Shown piece after piece: positions 18,663 through 27,064 of a stretch of DNA of 64,000 nt (positions within the stretch are counted from its first letter, which is position 1; the number at the start of each line of letters is the position of its first letter). Made by a program: the position numbers and the translations under genes. The notes beneath the pieces were generated by a model, which searched no databases, was not told where the DNA came from, and worked only from the letters and a program-made list of their open reading frames with translations. Location of the stretch: the IMG/VR virus record IMGVR_UViG_3300045000_000081, positions 3,736 through 67,735 of that record; one strand, given 5' to 3'. Source of the stretch: a virus. Its lineage: Duplodnaviria > Caudoviricetes.

Positions 18663-19138
18663 AGGAGCGGAATGTTCATAAACGCGGCCCAATGCTCAAT
18701 TTCCCGATGGAACAATCCAAGTGTGCCGTCGTTGCTAATATATTCGACACAATCGCACGCCGAAAAAGTGACCGTCGGGTCCTCGGGAATCCCGGGACGG
18801 GCAATCCAGACGATATGGTCGAACAGCTTTGCCGCCTTGACCGCCTCAAGTTCAATTTTATCCCGAAGACCCGCACAGATGTCGCCAGATTGTAATGCCA
18901 TACGGGCGAGAAGAGTTTGGTCCACGCGGCGAAGTTCGTCACAGTATTGTTTCCACAATTCGCGATTCTGATGCCGGGTCTCCCACGCTAGCTGCGGATG
19001 AATCCCGAGCCGTGCCGCCATATAGGGAAGTGCGGCCCACGAGAATGAACCGGCGTAGCGCAAGCCCGTAATTTTGGCAAGGTAAGCCGCCGCTTCATCC
19101 TTTCCCGCGCGCCCGTGACCAACAAAAAGAATTTTCAT
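18659..19138 (-). CDS. deoxynucleoside monophosphate kinase-like P-loop protein
   Basis: N-terminal VGHGRAGKDEAA. Confidence 0.7.
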   Translation of the reverse strand: MKILFVGHGRAGKDEAAAYLAKITGLRYAGSFSWAALPYMAARLGIHPQLAWETRHQNRELWKQYCDELRRVDQTLLARMALQSGDICAGLRDKIELEAVKAAKLFDHIVWIARPGIPEDPTVTFSACDCVEYISNDGTLGLFHREIEHWAAFMNIPLL

Positions 19139-19281
19139 TCGTCAGAGTTATGGTTTTTGCGGATGGCTAATGCCAGCACAATAGCACAGACCGCGAGGAA
19201 CGCAATCGTAAAAATTTCAGGAGTGCTCATTGAAATGGAGAAAACGACCTTGTCTAAATCAACGTAGAGAAAAGGACTCAT
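19135..19281 (-). CDS. small membrane peptide
   Basis: Hydrophobic IFTIAFLAVCAIVLALAI; ATGA overlaps. Confidence 0.55.
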   Translation of the reverse strand: MSPFLYVDLDKVVFSISMSTPEIFTIAFLAVCAIVLALAIRKNHNSDE

Positions 19282-19448
19282 GGTTCGTAGGTTTGTTTTC
19301 CGCGTCGCGTTAGTCGTTCCCACTGAAGAAACCATTCAGATTCATGCCACGGTTGACGGGCAGCGGACGGTTTGCTCCCTGCGGAACATGAGTTATCCAC
19401 CGGTGCCCCGGGGCGAGAATCGTTGGCTGCGTTTTCGTCTTTTGACAT
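19278..19448 (-). CDS. hypothetical protein (56 aa)
   Basis: Hand-translated MSKDENAAND...; stop overlaps the next ATG. Confidence 0.5.
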   Translation of the reverse strand: MSKDENAANDSRPGAPVDNSCSAGSKPSAARQPWHESEWFLQWERLTRRGKQTYEP

Positions 19449-19499
19449 GGGCCAGACGCTTCGTATTCCAAAAGTGTAAAATACGCTTGTCGGAATGAA

Positions 19500-19925
19500 T
19501 TAGCTCGCGGGTCCATTGCGGTCAATCTCCGGCGGCTTGTCCGGCGTATGGTCTTGGACCATCGGGTCGCGCAAAAGATTGGCATCGTCGTGCGCGTTCG
19601 CTGCCTCAAGGGTGCGCGCCAGATACTCCGACTGTTGAATCTCTGTCGCTGTGCGCTCACGACCGGAGCTAACAAGGCAAGGAACATACCGGGGGTCATA
19701 GAAGCGGGCGTCCGGCGGAATTGCTGGCGCGTGCTTAATCGTGACGGGCTGTGTCGTGCGGACTTTGCGCCACGGGGCAATTGTTTTCCTCGGTAGCAGC
19801 CCCCGTTTCCCCCAGTTCTGAAAAGAAAACACACCGACCTTGATGGCTACCTTGCGCCGGATGAAAAACGTCTGGCCGATAGCGAGCGAGAAAAAGCGTT
19901 TATAGATGTGCTTGGTGCGTTTCAT
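19500..19925 (-). CDS. hypothetical protein
   Basis: Start MKRTKH by ATGA overlap. Confidence 0.55.
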   Translation of the reverse strand: MKRTKHIYKRFFSLAIGQTFFIRRKVAIKVGVFSFQNWGKRGLLPRKTIAPWRKVRTTQPVTIKHAPAIPPDARFYDPRYVPCLVSSGRERTATEIQQSEYLARTLEAANAHDDANLLRDPMVQDHTPDKPPEIDRNGPAS

Positions 19926-20062
19926 AGAAGGGAGCGAATCAGAGCGATGATGCCGGGAATAGATAGTAAGAGCCACAATATGCTCGGAGTTTCTCCCGGT
20001 TCCCCTGTCATGCCGCACGGTCCAATCGGACCAGTCTTACCTCTTTTTACTTTCTGTTTCAT
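19922..20062 (-). CDS. 46-aa peptide with six Gly-X-Y triplets and a C-terminal TM helix
   Basis: MKQKVKR-GKTGPIGPCGMTGEPGET-PSILWLLLSIPGIIALIRSLL. Confidence 0.6.
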   Translation of the reverse strand: MKQKVKRGKTGPIGPCGMTGEPGETPSILWLLLSIPGIIALIRSLL

Positions 20063-20514
20063 ACGGCTGACGCAACGCGAACGTTGTATTCCGCCCGTGC
20101 TTGGCGCATCACCCCGAGATGAGCGACCTGAGCCGTGGCGAGGTTCTGTTGAATCTGTGAACCGGGCGTGCATTTACCCGCAAGATACTTGCACGTTGCC
20201 GCGTGGCGTGCGGACTTTTTGATGACGCGAATCAGTCGCACCATCGACACCCGCTGCAAATCCACCGTCAGCTTAACGGCGCTATCCTTCGGCTTAATGC
20301 GCGGAACGGAAATCGCGGACGACAAGGCTCTAATGAGGCGTTTCCGACGCGGAGCCGTGGACTTGGCCGGGAAAGGGAGAGCAAGCACCTTAACCGCGGC
20401 CTCGCGAGGAAATCCCGACAACGGGGTGCGCTGGAACTGCGACCATGCGGAGTCGCCTGCGGCGCGTTCGACCTTACGGAGCTTCTTGTTTTGGAGTTTG
20501 TTCTTCGCAGACAT
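20059..20514 (-). CDS. basic hypothetical protein
   Basis: ATG ORF in the operon. Confidence 0.65.
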   Translation of the reverse strand: MSAKNKLQNKKLRKVERAAGDSAWSQFQRTPLSGFPREAAVKVLALPFPAKSTAPRRKRLIRALSSAISVPRIKPKDSAVKLTVDLQRVSMVRLIRVIKKSARHAATCKYLAGKCTPGSQIQQNLATAQVAHLGVMRQARAEYNVRVASAV

Positions 20515-20534
20515 TTGATTTTTGAGTTTGAGTT

Positions 20535-21008
20535 TTAGTTGTTCTTCAGGTAACGGATTAAAGCATACAGCACGCGCGGCGATTCGTCAACGAGACCAAG
20601 GACAAAATTGCATGAGCGGCACAAGAGTCCACGCACCCGGGTAGTCCTGTGGCAATGGTCCACGCCGAGTTTCACTTTCTTTTTGCAGGTCGCACATCGG
20701 CCTTTTTGCGCCTTGAGCATCTGGTTAAACCCCGCGAGGGATAGCCCATAGTTTCGCTTCAAGTTAAACGCCACAAACTTTTGTGGATTGAGCTTGCGGT
20801 ATTCTCGGTTATACAGAACTAGGTAGGCCCGTCTCTTTTCAAGTTGAGCGATAGTCTTTTTCTTGTGCCGAATCTTTTGTTGCGCATACCGGCAAAGTTT
20901 ACAGACAGTCTCGTGGCCATCTCGTCCCGACGGATGCTTGGAGAATCTGGTAAGGACGGGTCGAGTAACCCGGCAACGCGAACATCGTTTTACTGACCCA
21001 GAACTCAT
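20535..21008 (-). CDS. endonuclease VII-family homing endonuclease
   Basis: CSRC...CKLC, CATC, VDHCH...VRGLLCRSCNFVLG. Confidence 0.9.
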   Translation of the reverse strand: MSSGSVKRCSRCRVTRPVLTRFSKHPSGRDGHETVCKLCRYAQQKIRHKKKTIAQLEKRRAYLVLYNREYRKLNPQKFVAFNLKRNYGLSLAGFNQMLKAQKGRCATCKKKVKLGVDHCHRTTRVRGLLCRSCNFVLGLVDESPRVLYALIRYLKNN

Positions 21009-21229
21009 GTAGGCTTTACCGACTTGGATTGACCAAAGCAAAGAGCGAGGACATTCGCGCAGTTCTCGCAGAAGTAAAAGTCTTTAGGGGAACCTCCCGG
21101 CGTTTGTTGGACGACGTGTAAACGCTTCATTACCGCGGTCGAACCGTCGGGCAAGAGATATTCCGCAGTATTTCTTCCGTATCCCTCGATATGAAAAGAA
21201 CAGCGTATATTTTCACAGAACGGCGTCAT
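21005..21229 (-). CDS. small zinc-finger protein
   Basis: CENIRC...FCENC. Confidence 0.65.
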   Translation of the reverse strand: MTPFCENIRCSFHIEGYGRNTAEYLLPDGSTAVMKRLHVVQQTPGGSPKDFYFCENCANVLALCFGQSKSVKPT

Positions 21230-21230
21230 A

Positions 21231-21740
21231 TCAATGCGACTCCACGAGCCAGAGTTTCAGGTTGCGTCCGTCCTGTCCGACGATAGACTTCACAAGGTCT
21301 GGTAAATCGGACGCAAGCCGCATCCCGGGAATGTTATCCGAGAAGCGAATCGCGGACTTGCTGACGCGCTCGGAGAGCGTGACTCCCGCGGAATTCTTCG
21401 CGCGATGAAAGCGCAAGACAATGTCGCACTCTTGTCCCGAAAAATCTACGCGACCAATCAGGCGAGAGCAGGCGTCATCACCATCGCCCAGATTCAAAAA
21501 CATTTGCTGAATTGTGCTACCCGGCGCAAATTTCACATCATATCCTGCGGGAGTCCGGGTCTCGATGGTGCTGCCAGTTCGGATGATGTCCTCCTTCTCC
21601 GATTTCGGAAACTTGGCGCGAACCAGTTCCCATAGCTTTGCGTAGTCGTTGTTACCGCCGCCGGTCAAAGGAGTTTCCACGGTCACTTGGCCGTGTCCGT
21701 CCACATTGAAGAAGCCAATCAGATAGTTTGTGTCGGTCAT
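21231..21740 (-). CDS. hypothetical protein (169 aa)
   Basis: ATG ORF. Confidence 0.7.
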   Translation of the reverse strand: MTDTNYLIGFFNVDGHGQVTVETPLTGGGNNDYAKLWELVRAKFPKSEKEDIIRTGSTIETRTPAGYDVKFAPGSTIQQMFLNLGDGDDACSRLIGRVDFSGQECDIVLRFHRAKNSAGVTLSERVSKSAIRFSDNIPGMRLASDLPDLVKSIVGQDGRNLKLWLVESH

Positions 21741-21754
21741 AGAATCAAGAGGGT

Positions 21755-21919
21755 TTAACGGCTGAGGTAAGTAGCTTTGCGAGTAACGGATTTCCAGCGG
21801 AAAGACAATCCTTGGCTAGAGTAATGGGACACTCTTTCCCCAAGCGTCGCGAAACGCCACGAATAACGCGCCTTGACGGAGACACTTCTGTCGGGGGTTT
21901 GGGCGGTCGTTTCAATCAT
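21755..21919 (-). CDS. hypothetical protein (54 aa)
   Basis: ATG 4 nt after a class II promoter. Confidence 0.55.
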   Translation of the reverse strand: MIETTAQTPDRSVSVKARYSWRFATLGERVSHYSSQGLSFRWKSVTRKATYLSR

Positions 21920-21923
21920 GAAT

Positions 21924-21952
21924 AAAGGTGCCCCGGGTCGGTTAATTGTCAA
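21924..21952 (-). promoter_or_regulatory. class II phage promoter
   Basis: TTGACA-N17-ACCTTT. Confidence 0.6.
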
Positions 21953-21953
21953 G

Positions 21954-22148
21954 TTAGATTGTCGAACACTGCCCAAGGTCAACGATGACCAAAGGACCTC
22001 CTACAGGCCGGTGAAATGAATTCAGGGCTTCGAGGGCAACCACCGGGAATTCTTCAAGCCAGATAGCCACGATGACATAGGGTCGATTGGTCGTGTCGGA
22101 CGTAAGGGTAACGAAACGTCCAAGAAGTGATGTAAAAAGATTTTTCAC
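21954..22148 (-). CDS. hypothetical protein (64 aa)
   Basis: GTGA overlap with the upstream stop. Confidence 0.55.
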   Translation of the reverse strand: MKNLFTSLLGRFVTLTSDTTNRPYVIVAIWLEEFPVVALEALNSFHRPVGGPLVIVDLGQCSTI

Positions 22149-22477
22149 CTGATGATGGCGTTGACCTTGGTAATGCTGACCAAGACCGCTTCCTGCCGAA
22201 GTTCGCGTTTGATTAGTTCGGCCAGTCCAACGGCAGCATCAGTTCCCCGTAGGTCCGTGTAAACGGTGAGAGTTCGGCCTGCCTCGGAAAAGGAGTAACC
22301 CTCATAATTTACCCACGAGCCGACAGTTTCGGTCAGCGTGTGTCCGCCGAAAAGAGAACCCGCCGCTAGGCCAATAAGCCCCAACGCGGCCAGAGCATCA
22401 CACTCGAAAATCCGGTGCTTCTCTTTGTCGAGTTCGACCCCGAACGTGAAGTCGATTTTGTGCGTGAATTTCTTCAT
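22145..22477 (-). CDS. DUF3574-like small protein (the ORF stays open up to 22879)
   Basis: GGHTLTETVGSWV...SEAGRTLTV...IKRELRQEAVLV. Confidence 0.55.
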   Translation of the reverse strand: MKKFTHKIDFTFGVELDKEKHRIFECDALAALGLIGLAAGSLFGGHTLTETVGSWVNYEGYSFSEAGRTLTVYTDLRGTDAAVGLAELIKRELRQEAVLVSITKVNAIIR

Positions 22478-22622
22478 GAAAATATGATAGTCCATGACCG
22501 ACCGATAGTCAATACAAATCAACTGGTAGAGTAAACCCCCACGAGACAAAGTCTCGGGGATTTGCCTAGTGCGGGCAGCTATCTGTTCCCAGCGTCGGGC
22601 TTTGAAGTCGCCTTCAAAACGG

Positions 22623-22805
22623 TCAAACTCGAAGACTTGGGCTTCGGCTCCATCGCGGGTAAAAAAGTGTTGAATGGATTCCGAGTCTTGGCGGGAAATG
22701 GTCTGATTGGCTTCGCTGACAAAGATGACACCGCACGTTTTTGGTTCCGCGAGTGACACAAGCGTCGGGTCTCCGAACGCCGTCGGGATTGATTTGACCG
22801 CCCAT
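22623..22805 (-). CDS. small protein with CHLC...H motif
   Basis: ATG exactly 6 nt after the left copy of the 26-bp repeat; overlaps an alternative long frame. Confidence 0.45.
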   Translation of the reverse strand: MGGQINPDGVRRPDACVTRGTKNVRCHLCQRSQSDHFPPRLGIHSTLFYPRWSRSPSLRV

Positions 22806-22928
22806 TCGTTTAGGCGAGTATCCCCTGACAACAAGTAAACCGAAATTTTGAACATGATAAAATGATGGCATGGAAACAAACAAAGGTCGGTTCTTTAAGT
22901 TGCTGCGGAAAGCTGCTCGCCCGCCCGC

Positions 22929-23045
22929 TCAAGCATCAAAGCGAACATCTGCGAGCCGTTGCTTGCGGCGGGCAAGTTCCGCCGCTGTGTAGTTCTTCGG
23001 GACGCCCTTGGCCCGGCGTCCAAGGGCTTGCGCGGCTTTATTCAC
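22929..23045 (-). CDS. 38-aa basic peptide MNKAAQALGRRAKGVPKNY...
   Basis: Hand-translated; GTG start overlaps the upstream TGA. Confidence 0.6.
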   Translation of the reverse strand: MNKAAQALGRRAKGVPKNYTAAELARRKQRLADVRFDA

Positions 23046-23476
23046 GCGGGGTAATTTTTGTAGGAAGCTTCCTTTTGGCGAAAACTTTCGTCTTGCAAAG
23101 CGCGCAAATCGCGTTGCTCCGCTTCTTCGTCCGAAACTTCTGCGCTGCCAACTGCGCTACCGTCATATTCATTTCGCGCCGTCGCAGTCGGACTCGGAAG
23201 TGGCTTGGCTGCTTCGCGGCACAACTCATCGCGCCGCGAAACGTTTTTACACTCGATGTGAATCTCGCCTTGCACTTTAGACAAGCCGACTCGCCAACTG
23301 CTCCAAAACATGATTTTGCCGTAACCGATAGAGAGTTCGCCCTCATCGGCGCAGCCCTCATCGGCGAGGAGTTGCCGCGCCTCGTCAAGTGTTTCGACAC
23401 GCCGTTCATTGACCCACTGGCCCATGTCGTCAAGTTTCCAACACACAAAGATTTTTACCGATTTGTTCGTTTTCAT
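23042..23476 (-). CDS. hypothetical early protein (144 aa)
   Basis: ATG 6 nt after TTGTAA-N17-TAACGT (23511-23483). Confidence 0.65.
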   Translation of the reverse strand: MKTNKSVKIFVCWKLDDMGQWVNERRVETLDEARQLLADEGCADEGELSIGYGKIMFWSSWRVGLSKVQGEIHIECKNVSRRDELCREAAKPLPSPTATARNEYDGSAVGSAEVSDEEAEQRDLRALQDESFRQKEASYKNYPA

Positions 23477-23666
23477 GCGCTCACGTTACACAACCGCTTA
23501 TGTGATTACAACAACTTTCTTCAACTATTTTTAACTATTGAAAACACCAACAAAATCAAGGGTTTCCCCGGCTACTTGCCGTCAGGGGATACTCGCCTTC
23601 GTTTATGAGCGGGTCTGAGGAAGCGAGGAACGACCCTCTTGATTGCATCAATGGCTCGCTCGTGGC

Positions 23667-23879
23667 TCATCCGCGATAAACCTTTTTGAAGTTAATGCCG
23701 CGCGTGCTCCATCCGGGTTCCCGTCCCCAGTCAATGAGGGAATAATTATCCCGGAACTGTGCCGAAAAACAATTGCGCGGACTGTCACCTTTTCCACTGT
23801 CGCCCCCGAGACCAAGGTCTCCCGTTGGCGCAGTCGGACGACGCTTACCCTTACGGGAGGTGAAAGAGGGGCCGGTCAT
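23667..23879 (-). CDS. small phage protein (GKGDSPR...NY..IDW type)
   Basis: ATGA overlap; motif recalled from small phage proteins, not verified by search. Confidence 0.6.
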   Translation of the reverse strand: MTGPSFTSRKGKRRPTAPTGDLGLGGDSGKGDSPRNCFSAQFRDNYSLIDWGREPGWSTRGINFKKVYRG

Positions 23880-23977
23880 GGAAAAAGTTTTTCAATAATC
23901 TTGACCGTTACTGCCGCTATCAAAGCGAGGACCGCCATCGTGACTGCGGCAACAATCGTGACAATTACTTCGCTCAT
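23876..23977 (-). CDS. 33-aa single-TM peptide
   Basis: MSEVIVTIVAAVTMAVLALIAAVTVKIIEKLFP; ATGA overlaps at both ends. Confidence 0.6.
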   Translation of the reverse strand: MSEVIVTIVAAVTMAVLALIAAVTVKIIEKLFP

Positions 23978-24174
23978 GCGTCAATGGTTCCGTGGTTTTT
24001 AAGGGCGGTAGCGACACTCCCCAGATACTTATCCCGATTCGGGTGCAGGACTTTTCTTGCTTTCCTAAGAGCAAGCTCTATGTCCGACGGTCTGCGAGGG
24101 GTAATCAACAACGAGACGTTTGATTCCGAAAGTCTCACTTCCCAAAGGGTGAGACCCGAGATGCGGGATTTCAT
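23974..24174 (-). CDS. hypothetical protein
   Basis: Overlapping stop/start. Confidence 0.6.
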   Translation of the reverse strand: MKSRISGLTLWEVRLSESNVSLLITPRRPSDIELALRKARKVLHPNRDKYLGSVATALKNHGTIDA

Positions 24175-24521
24175 CAGTTTTGAGTAGCGGGGATGTCGGT
24201 CGTAGGTGCGATAAGACTAACCAACGCGGCTTGCTCATTCTGATACCTCTCTTGAGCCGCAAACAACATATTGACCGCGTCACACACCAAATGAGCGACG
24301 GCTCCGTTCTTGGTGATGGCAAGCTGGTCTCCGACCACATTGACAAGGATATGCTGGTCGAATGACGCCGGGGCGGCGTCGGGTTTTTCCCGTTTCACCA
24401 TCTTGAGACAGGTGCCATCAGGAAAAGGAGTGAGCACGAGTGTTGCTGCCTCGGCGTTTGGTTCGGGAGCAGGCAGGGCTTTGATACTACCGTCGGCGTT
24501 TGCTTGGATGAGGTTACTCAT
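24174..24521 (-). CDS. hypothetical protein
   Basis: ATG ORF. Confidence 0.65.
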   Translation of the reverse strand: MSNLIQANADGSIKALPAPEPNAEAATLVLTPFPDGTCLKMVKREKPDAAPASFDQHILVNVVGDQLAITKNGAVAHLVCDAVNMLFAAQERYQNEQAALVSLIAPTTDIPATQN

Positions 24522-24562
24522 AATTTGGATTGAGAGATGCGGGTATGGTTTGGAAAGTCAAC

Positions 24563-25135
24563 TCACTTAAGGCTTGCGAGTTCGGCACCCATCGCTCGCA
24601 AGGCCGCATGAAGAGCATTCGCGGGCTTGGTGCTTTTTGGAATATGAAGCGAATCAAATTGCTCGATTGCGTGACGCAAGGACGAGATAATCGTTTGCAG
24701 AGTTTCACGCGCCACCGAGGTATCCTTGACCCGACGGTCTTCGACGATTCGACGTTTTGCTTCTTCGACCTCGCGGTCACGTTCAAGTTGACCCTCCGCG
24801 ATGGCTCGTGCCTGTTCCATTCGCTCGGCGTCATCGATAGAGAGGATAGGACAAACTTCACCGGCCCCCTTGCATTGTTCGATGAACTCCCATAGCCCGG
24901 GAATAGGAACCGACCATTCGGACTCACCGACGGATTGGATACGTTCGGGGTAATTGTAAGCGGTCTTACGACCCATCAACTCATGGCAATTGAGGAACCA
25001 TTTGGCCCGGTCGCATTGCCATGCGGCCTCTTCGGCAGTTTGGAAACCCGCTTCAATGAAGCGTTTGGCTCGGATGGTTATGAGGTAGTAGAACGTCCCA
25101 TCTGCATCGGCATACACATTTAATAGTTTACTCAT
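24563..25135 (-). CDS. hypothetical protein, first gene of the leftward arm
   Basis: Start MSKLLNV after TTGACA (25173-25168) and a TATATT-like box. Confidence 0.7.
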   Translation of the reverse strand: MSKLLNVYADADGTFYYLITIRAKRFIEAGFQTAEEAAWQCDRAKWFLNCHELMGRKTAYNYPERIQSVGESEWSVPIPGLWEFIEQCKGAGEVCPILSIDDAERMEQARAIAEGQLERDREVEEAKRRIVEDRRVKDTSVARETLQTIISSLRHAIEQFDSLHIPKSTKPANALHAALRAMGAELASLK

Positions 25136-25276
25136 AGTCGAAGAATATATGTGACAAAGAAGAAAAATGTCAACTAGTCCGCCGAATTTCGGCGGCATCG
25201 GCGGCAACATTTGAGTGGACCGTTGAAAACACGATGTTTGCACCTTGGCGGCAAAAAAGTAGGTAAATCTCTAGGC

Positions 25277-25369
25277 CCAATAGAAACATCCAATCTCTCC
25301 TCCTTACTTTATCTTTTTTCTTAAAATATAAATAATCCCTGCTATCTAGTTATTAGATGTTTCTAATGG
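25277..25369. other. AT-rich divergence point bracketed by an 18-bp inverted repeat (possible origin or operator pair)
   Basis: CCAATAGAAACATCCAAT (25277-25294) and ATTAGATGTTTCTAATGG (25352-25369), 2 mismatches; the coding strand switches here. Confidence 0.55.
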
Positions 25370-25506
25370 ACGGTAGGGTTTACCCTCTTTTTTGCCGCTA
25401 AGGTGCAAACATCGTGTTTTCAACGGTCCACTCAAATGTTGCCGCCGATGCCGCCGAATTGTGTGGCACAGTTGACTCGCCGTCAAATGTCCGCACCTTT
25501 TTTCCG

Positions 25507-25653
25507 ATGTCTGACAAGAACAAAAAAGATTGCTCTGACGAGCTATTCAGAAATGCTCCCGAGCAGGTGAAGCGTTTACACAAGGAGTCTAAGAAACTGT
25601 GCCGCGAGGTAAAGCGGAAGCTGTGGTGGGATAAAAATAATCCGAACAAATGA
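25507..25653 (+). CDS. small basic protein
   Basis: ATG MSDKNKK; ATGA overlap with the next gene. Confidence 0.55.
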   Translation: MSDKNKKDCSDELFRNAPEQVKRLHKESKKLCREVKRKLWWDKNNPNK

Positions 25654-26303
25654 GGCTGGATAAATCGAAGTTGGACGTTGCCCAGATTTTTTTGACTTTT
25701 ATGTCGCTCATTGGCGACGTGGAAAAGACCGCAACGGCGCTTGACCTTGACCCGAAGATTGTCGCGGCACTCGCAGACCAAGAGGGCTGGATTGACAAGG
25801 TGCGCCGACTCTCTGTTATGTCCAAGAGTGGCAAGCAAGGAGACCATGAGCGTGCGACCAATCGAGCCTTAAATTTTGTTCAGGCTCATCGTATGCGGAT
25901 GACCGTGGATGCGTTGTTGCGTTCCTTTGATGGCCTAACCCCGGAGGAGATTTGCGAGAAGCTCTCCACCGTGGATAAGAATGGCAATTACCATATCAGT
26001 GCGCGGTTTCTTGCGGACCTTGCTGCGGCGTCCGAGAAGATTCAGGCGCTTTCGTATGCAGCGTTAGGCGATTCTGTCAAGGAGCGAGTGGAGCGCGCCG
26101 AAGCCGATGACGGAGAGATGACCCCCGACCAATTGCACGCGGCAGTTATTGCCGCATTGAACGCTCCCCATGCGCCAGCGGTTGCCTCGCAAGTGCTTGA
26201 AGCGGAAGTGAGACTTATTGTCGCACCGAGCGAAAATCCCTCGACTTCACCGGCGGAGACCGAGGTGAGCAAAAAGAGCCATAGTGGTCAAAAAGAGCCA
26301 TAA
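25650..26303 (+). CDS. HTH-containing protein, possible terminase small subunit
   Basis: VEKTATALDLDPKIVAALADQEGW HTH-like N-terminus, helical body, disordered tail. Confidence 0.4.
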   Translation: MRLDKSKLDVAQIFLTFMSLIGDVEKTATALDLDPKIVAALADQEGWIDKVRRLSVMSKSGKQGDHERATNRALNFVQAHRMRMTVDALLRSFDGLTPEEICEKLSTVDKNGNYHISARFLADLAAASEKIQALSYAALGDSVKERVERAEADDGEMTPDQLHAAVIAALNAPHAPAVASQVLEAEVRLIVAPSENPSTSPAETEVSKKSHSGQKEP

Positions 26304-26366
26304 TGGTCAAAAAGAACCAATTGAGTGCGTGAAAATCACGCACTCGTATGCGTGATTTTCACGCAT
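26271..26366. repeat. 19-bp tandem repeat followed by two nested palindromes
   Basis: AAAAAGAGCCATA(G/A)TGGTC x2.6 (26271-26319); GAGTGCGTGA-AAA-TCACGCACTC (26323-26345); ATGCGTGA-TTT-TCACGCAT (26348-26366). Confidence 0.9.
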
Positions 26367-26585
26367 AGACGCAGCGACCTTGTGGCTTAAGGACTTAGGT
26401 GTAAATAGTCTTTCCTATCTCTTGACAGTTCGACAGGACACTCTATCTGGACACTTGGACAGTGTGCCAAACTGGCGCAGCGGGATTCGACACGGGGGAC
26501 AATCGGGCGGGGCGTGTTGGCTCACATCCTCGCTAGGCGGATGAAAAAATCTCATCGGAGACCCGGCGGCGTTTACACAGCAACT

Positions 26586-26810
26586 ATGAAACGAATCATT
26601 CTCGAATTCTTCGGCCCACTCTACACCTATCGTGCGACTTCGCGCCGCTTCGGCATCTCGGCCTACGGGCGAACAGTCGCAGAGGCCAAGCAACGCCTTT
26701 TCCTCACGATGCGCGCCGAGCAGTCAAATCGCGGTGCGTTTTATAGCGGTCTTATCCTTGGCGTCGTGAGAGACTGGAAACATCCGCTTGACATCCAATC
26801 TCCAATGTGA
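26586..26810 (+). CDS. small protein, weakly HicB-like
   Basis: GISAYGRTVAEAKQRL resembles the HicB G-x-T-x-x-E-A motif. Confidence 0.45.
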   Translation: MKRIILEFFGPLYTYRATSRRFGISAYGRTVAEAKQRLFLTMRAEQSNRGAFYSGLILGVVRDWKHPLDIQSPM

Positions 26811-26823
26811 TATGGTATTAGTA

Positions 26824-27048
26824 ATGAAACATTGTGTGGCAACCTTTCGGGAAGCGGGTCTTGAAGCCCGGTGGATTAAACGCGGATACACACCCTTTAT
26901 AGCGGTGCGGAATCCTTCGGCTAAGTTAGAGCACCAACGTAAGACTTGGTGGCTTGTGACCAAGCAGATGTTTGTGAGCATGGAGCGCGAGGGTATCGTG
27001 GAGGGATTCACAAGGGCGACCTTGCTCGGGGACATTTTCGCGGTTTGA
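26824..27048 (+). CDS. hypothetical protein
   Basis: ATG 7 nt after TTGACA-N17-TATGGT (26788-26816). Confidence 0.65.
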   Translation: MKHCVATFREAGLEARWIKRGYTPFIAVRNPSAKLEHQRKTWWLVTKQMFVSMEREGIVEGFTRATLLGDIFAV

Positions 27049-27064
27049 CATCGCTCGGGAGTGT

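Larger units (their letters stand above)
22812..23598. repeat. 26-bp inverted repeat pair (22812-22837 and 23573-23598)
   Basis: TACTTGNNGTCAGGGGATACTCGCCT; 18-bp core identical, 24 of 26 overall. Confidence 0.9.

Noticed and set aside
22145-22879. single 244-aa protein as given by the ORF track
   Set aside because: Only the C-terminal 110 aa look like a domain; the upstream part overlaps a repeat-linked ORF in another frame, so the long form is doubtful.
26470-26500. tmRNA 5' end (GGATTCGAC)
   Set aside because: No GGGG start, and no matching 3' T-arm/CCA or tag reading frame downstream.
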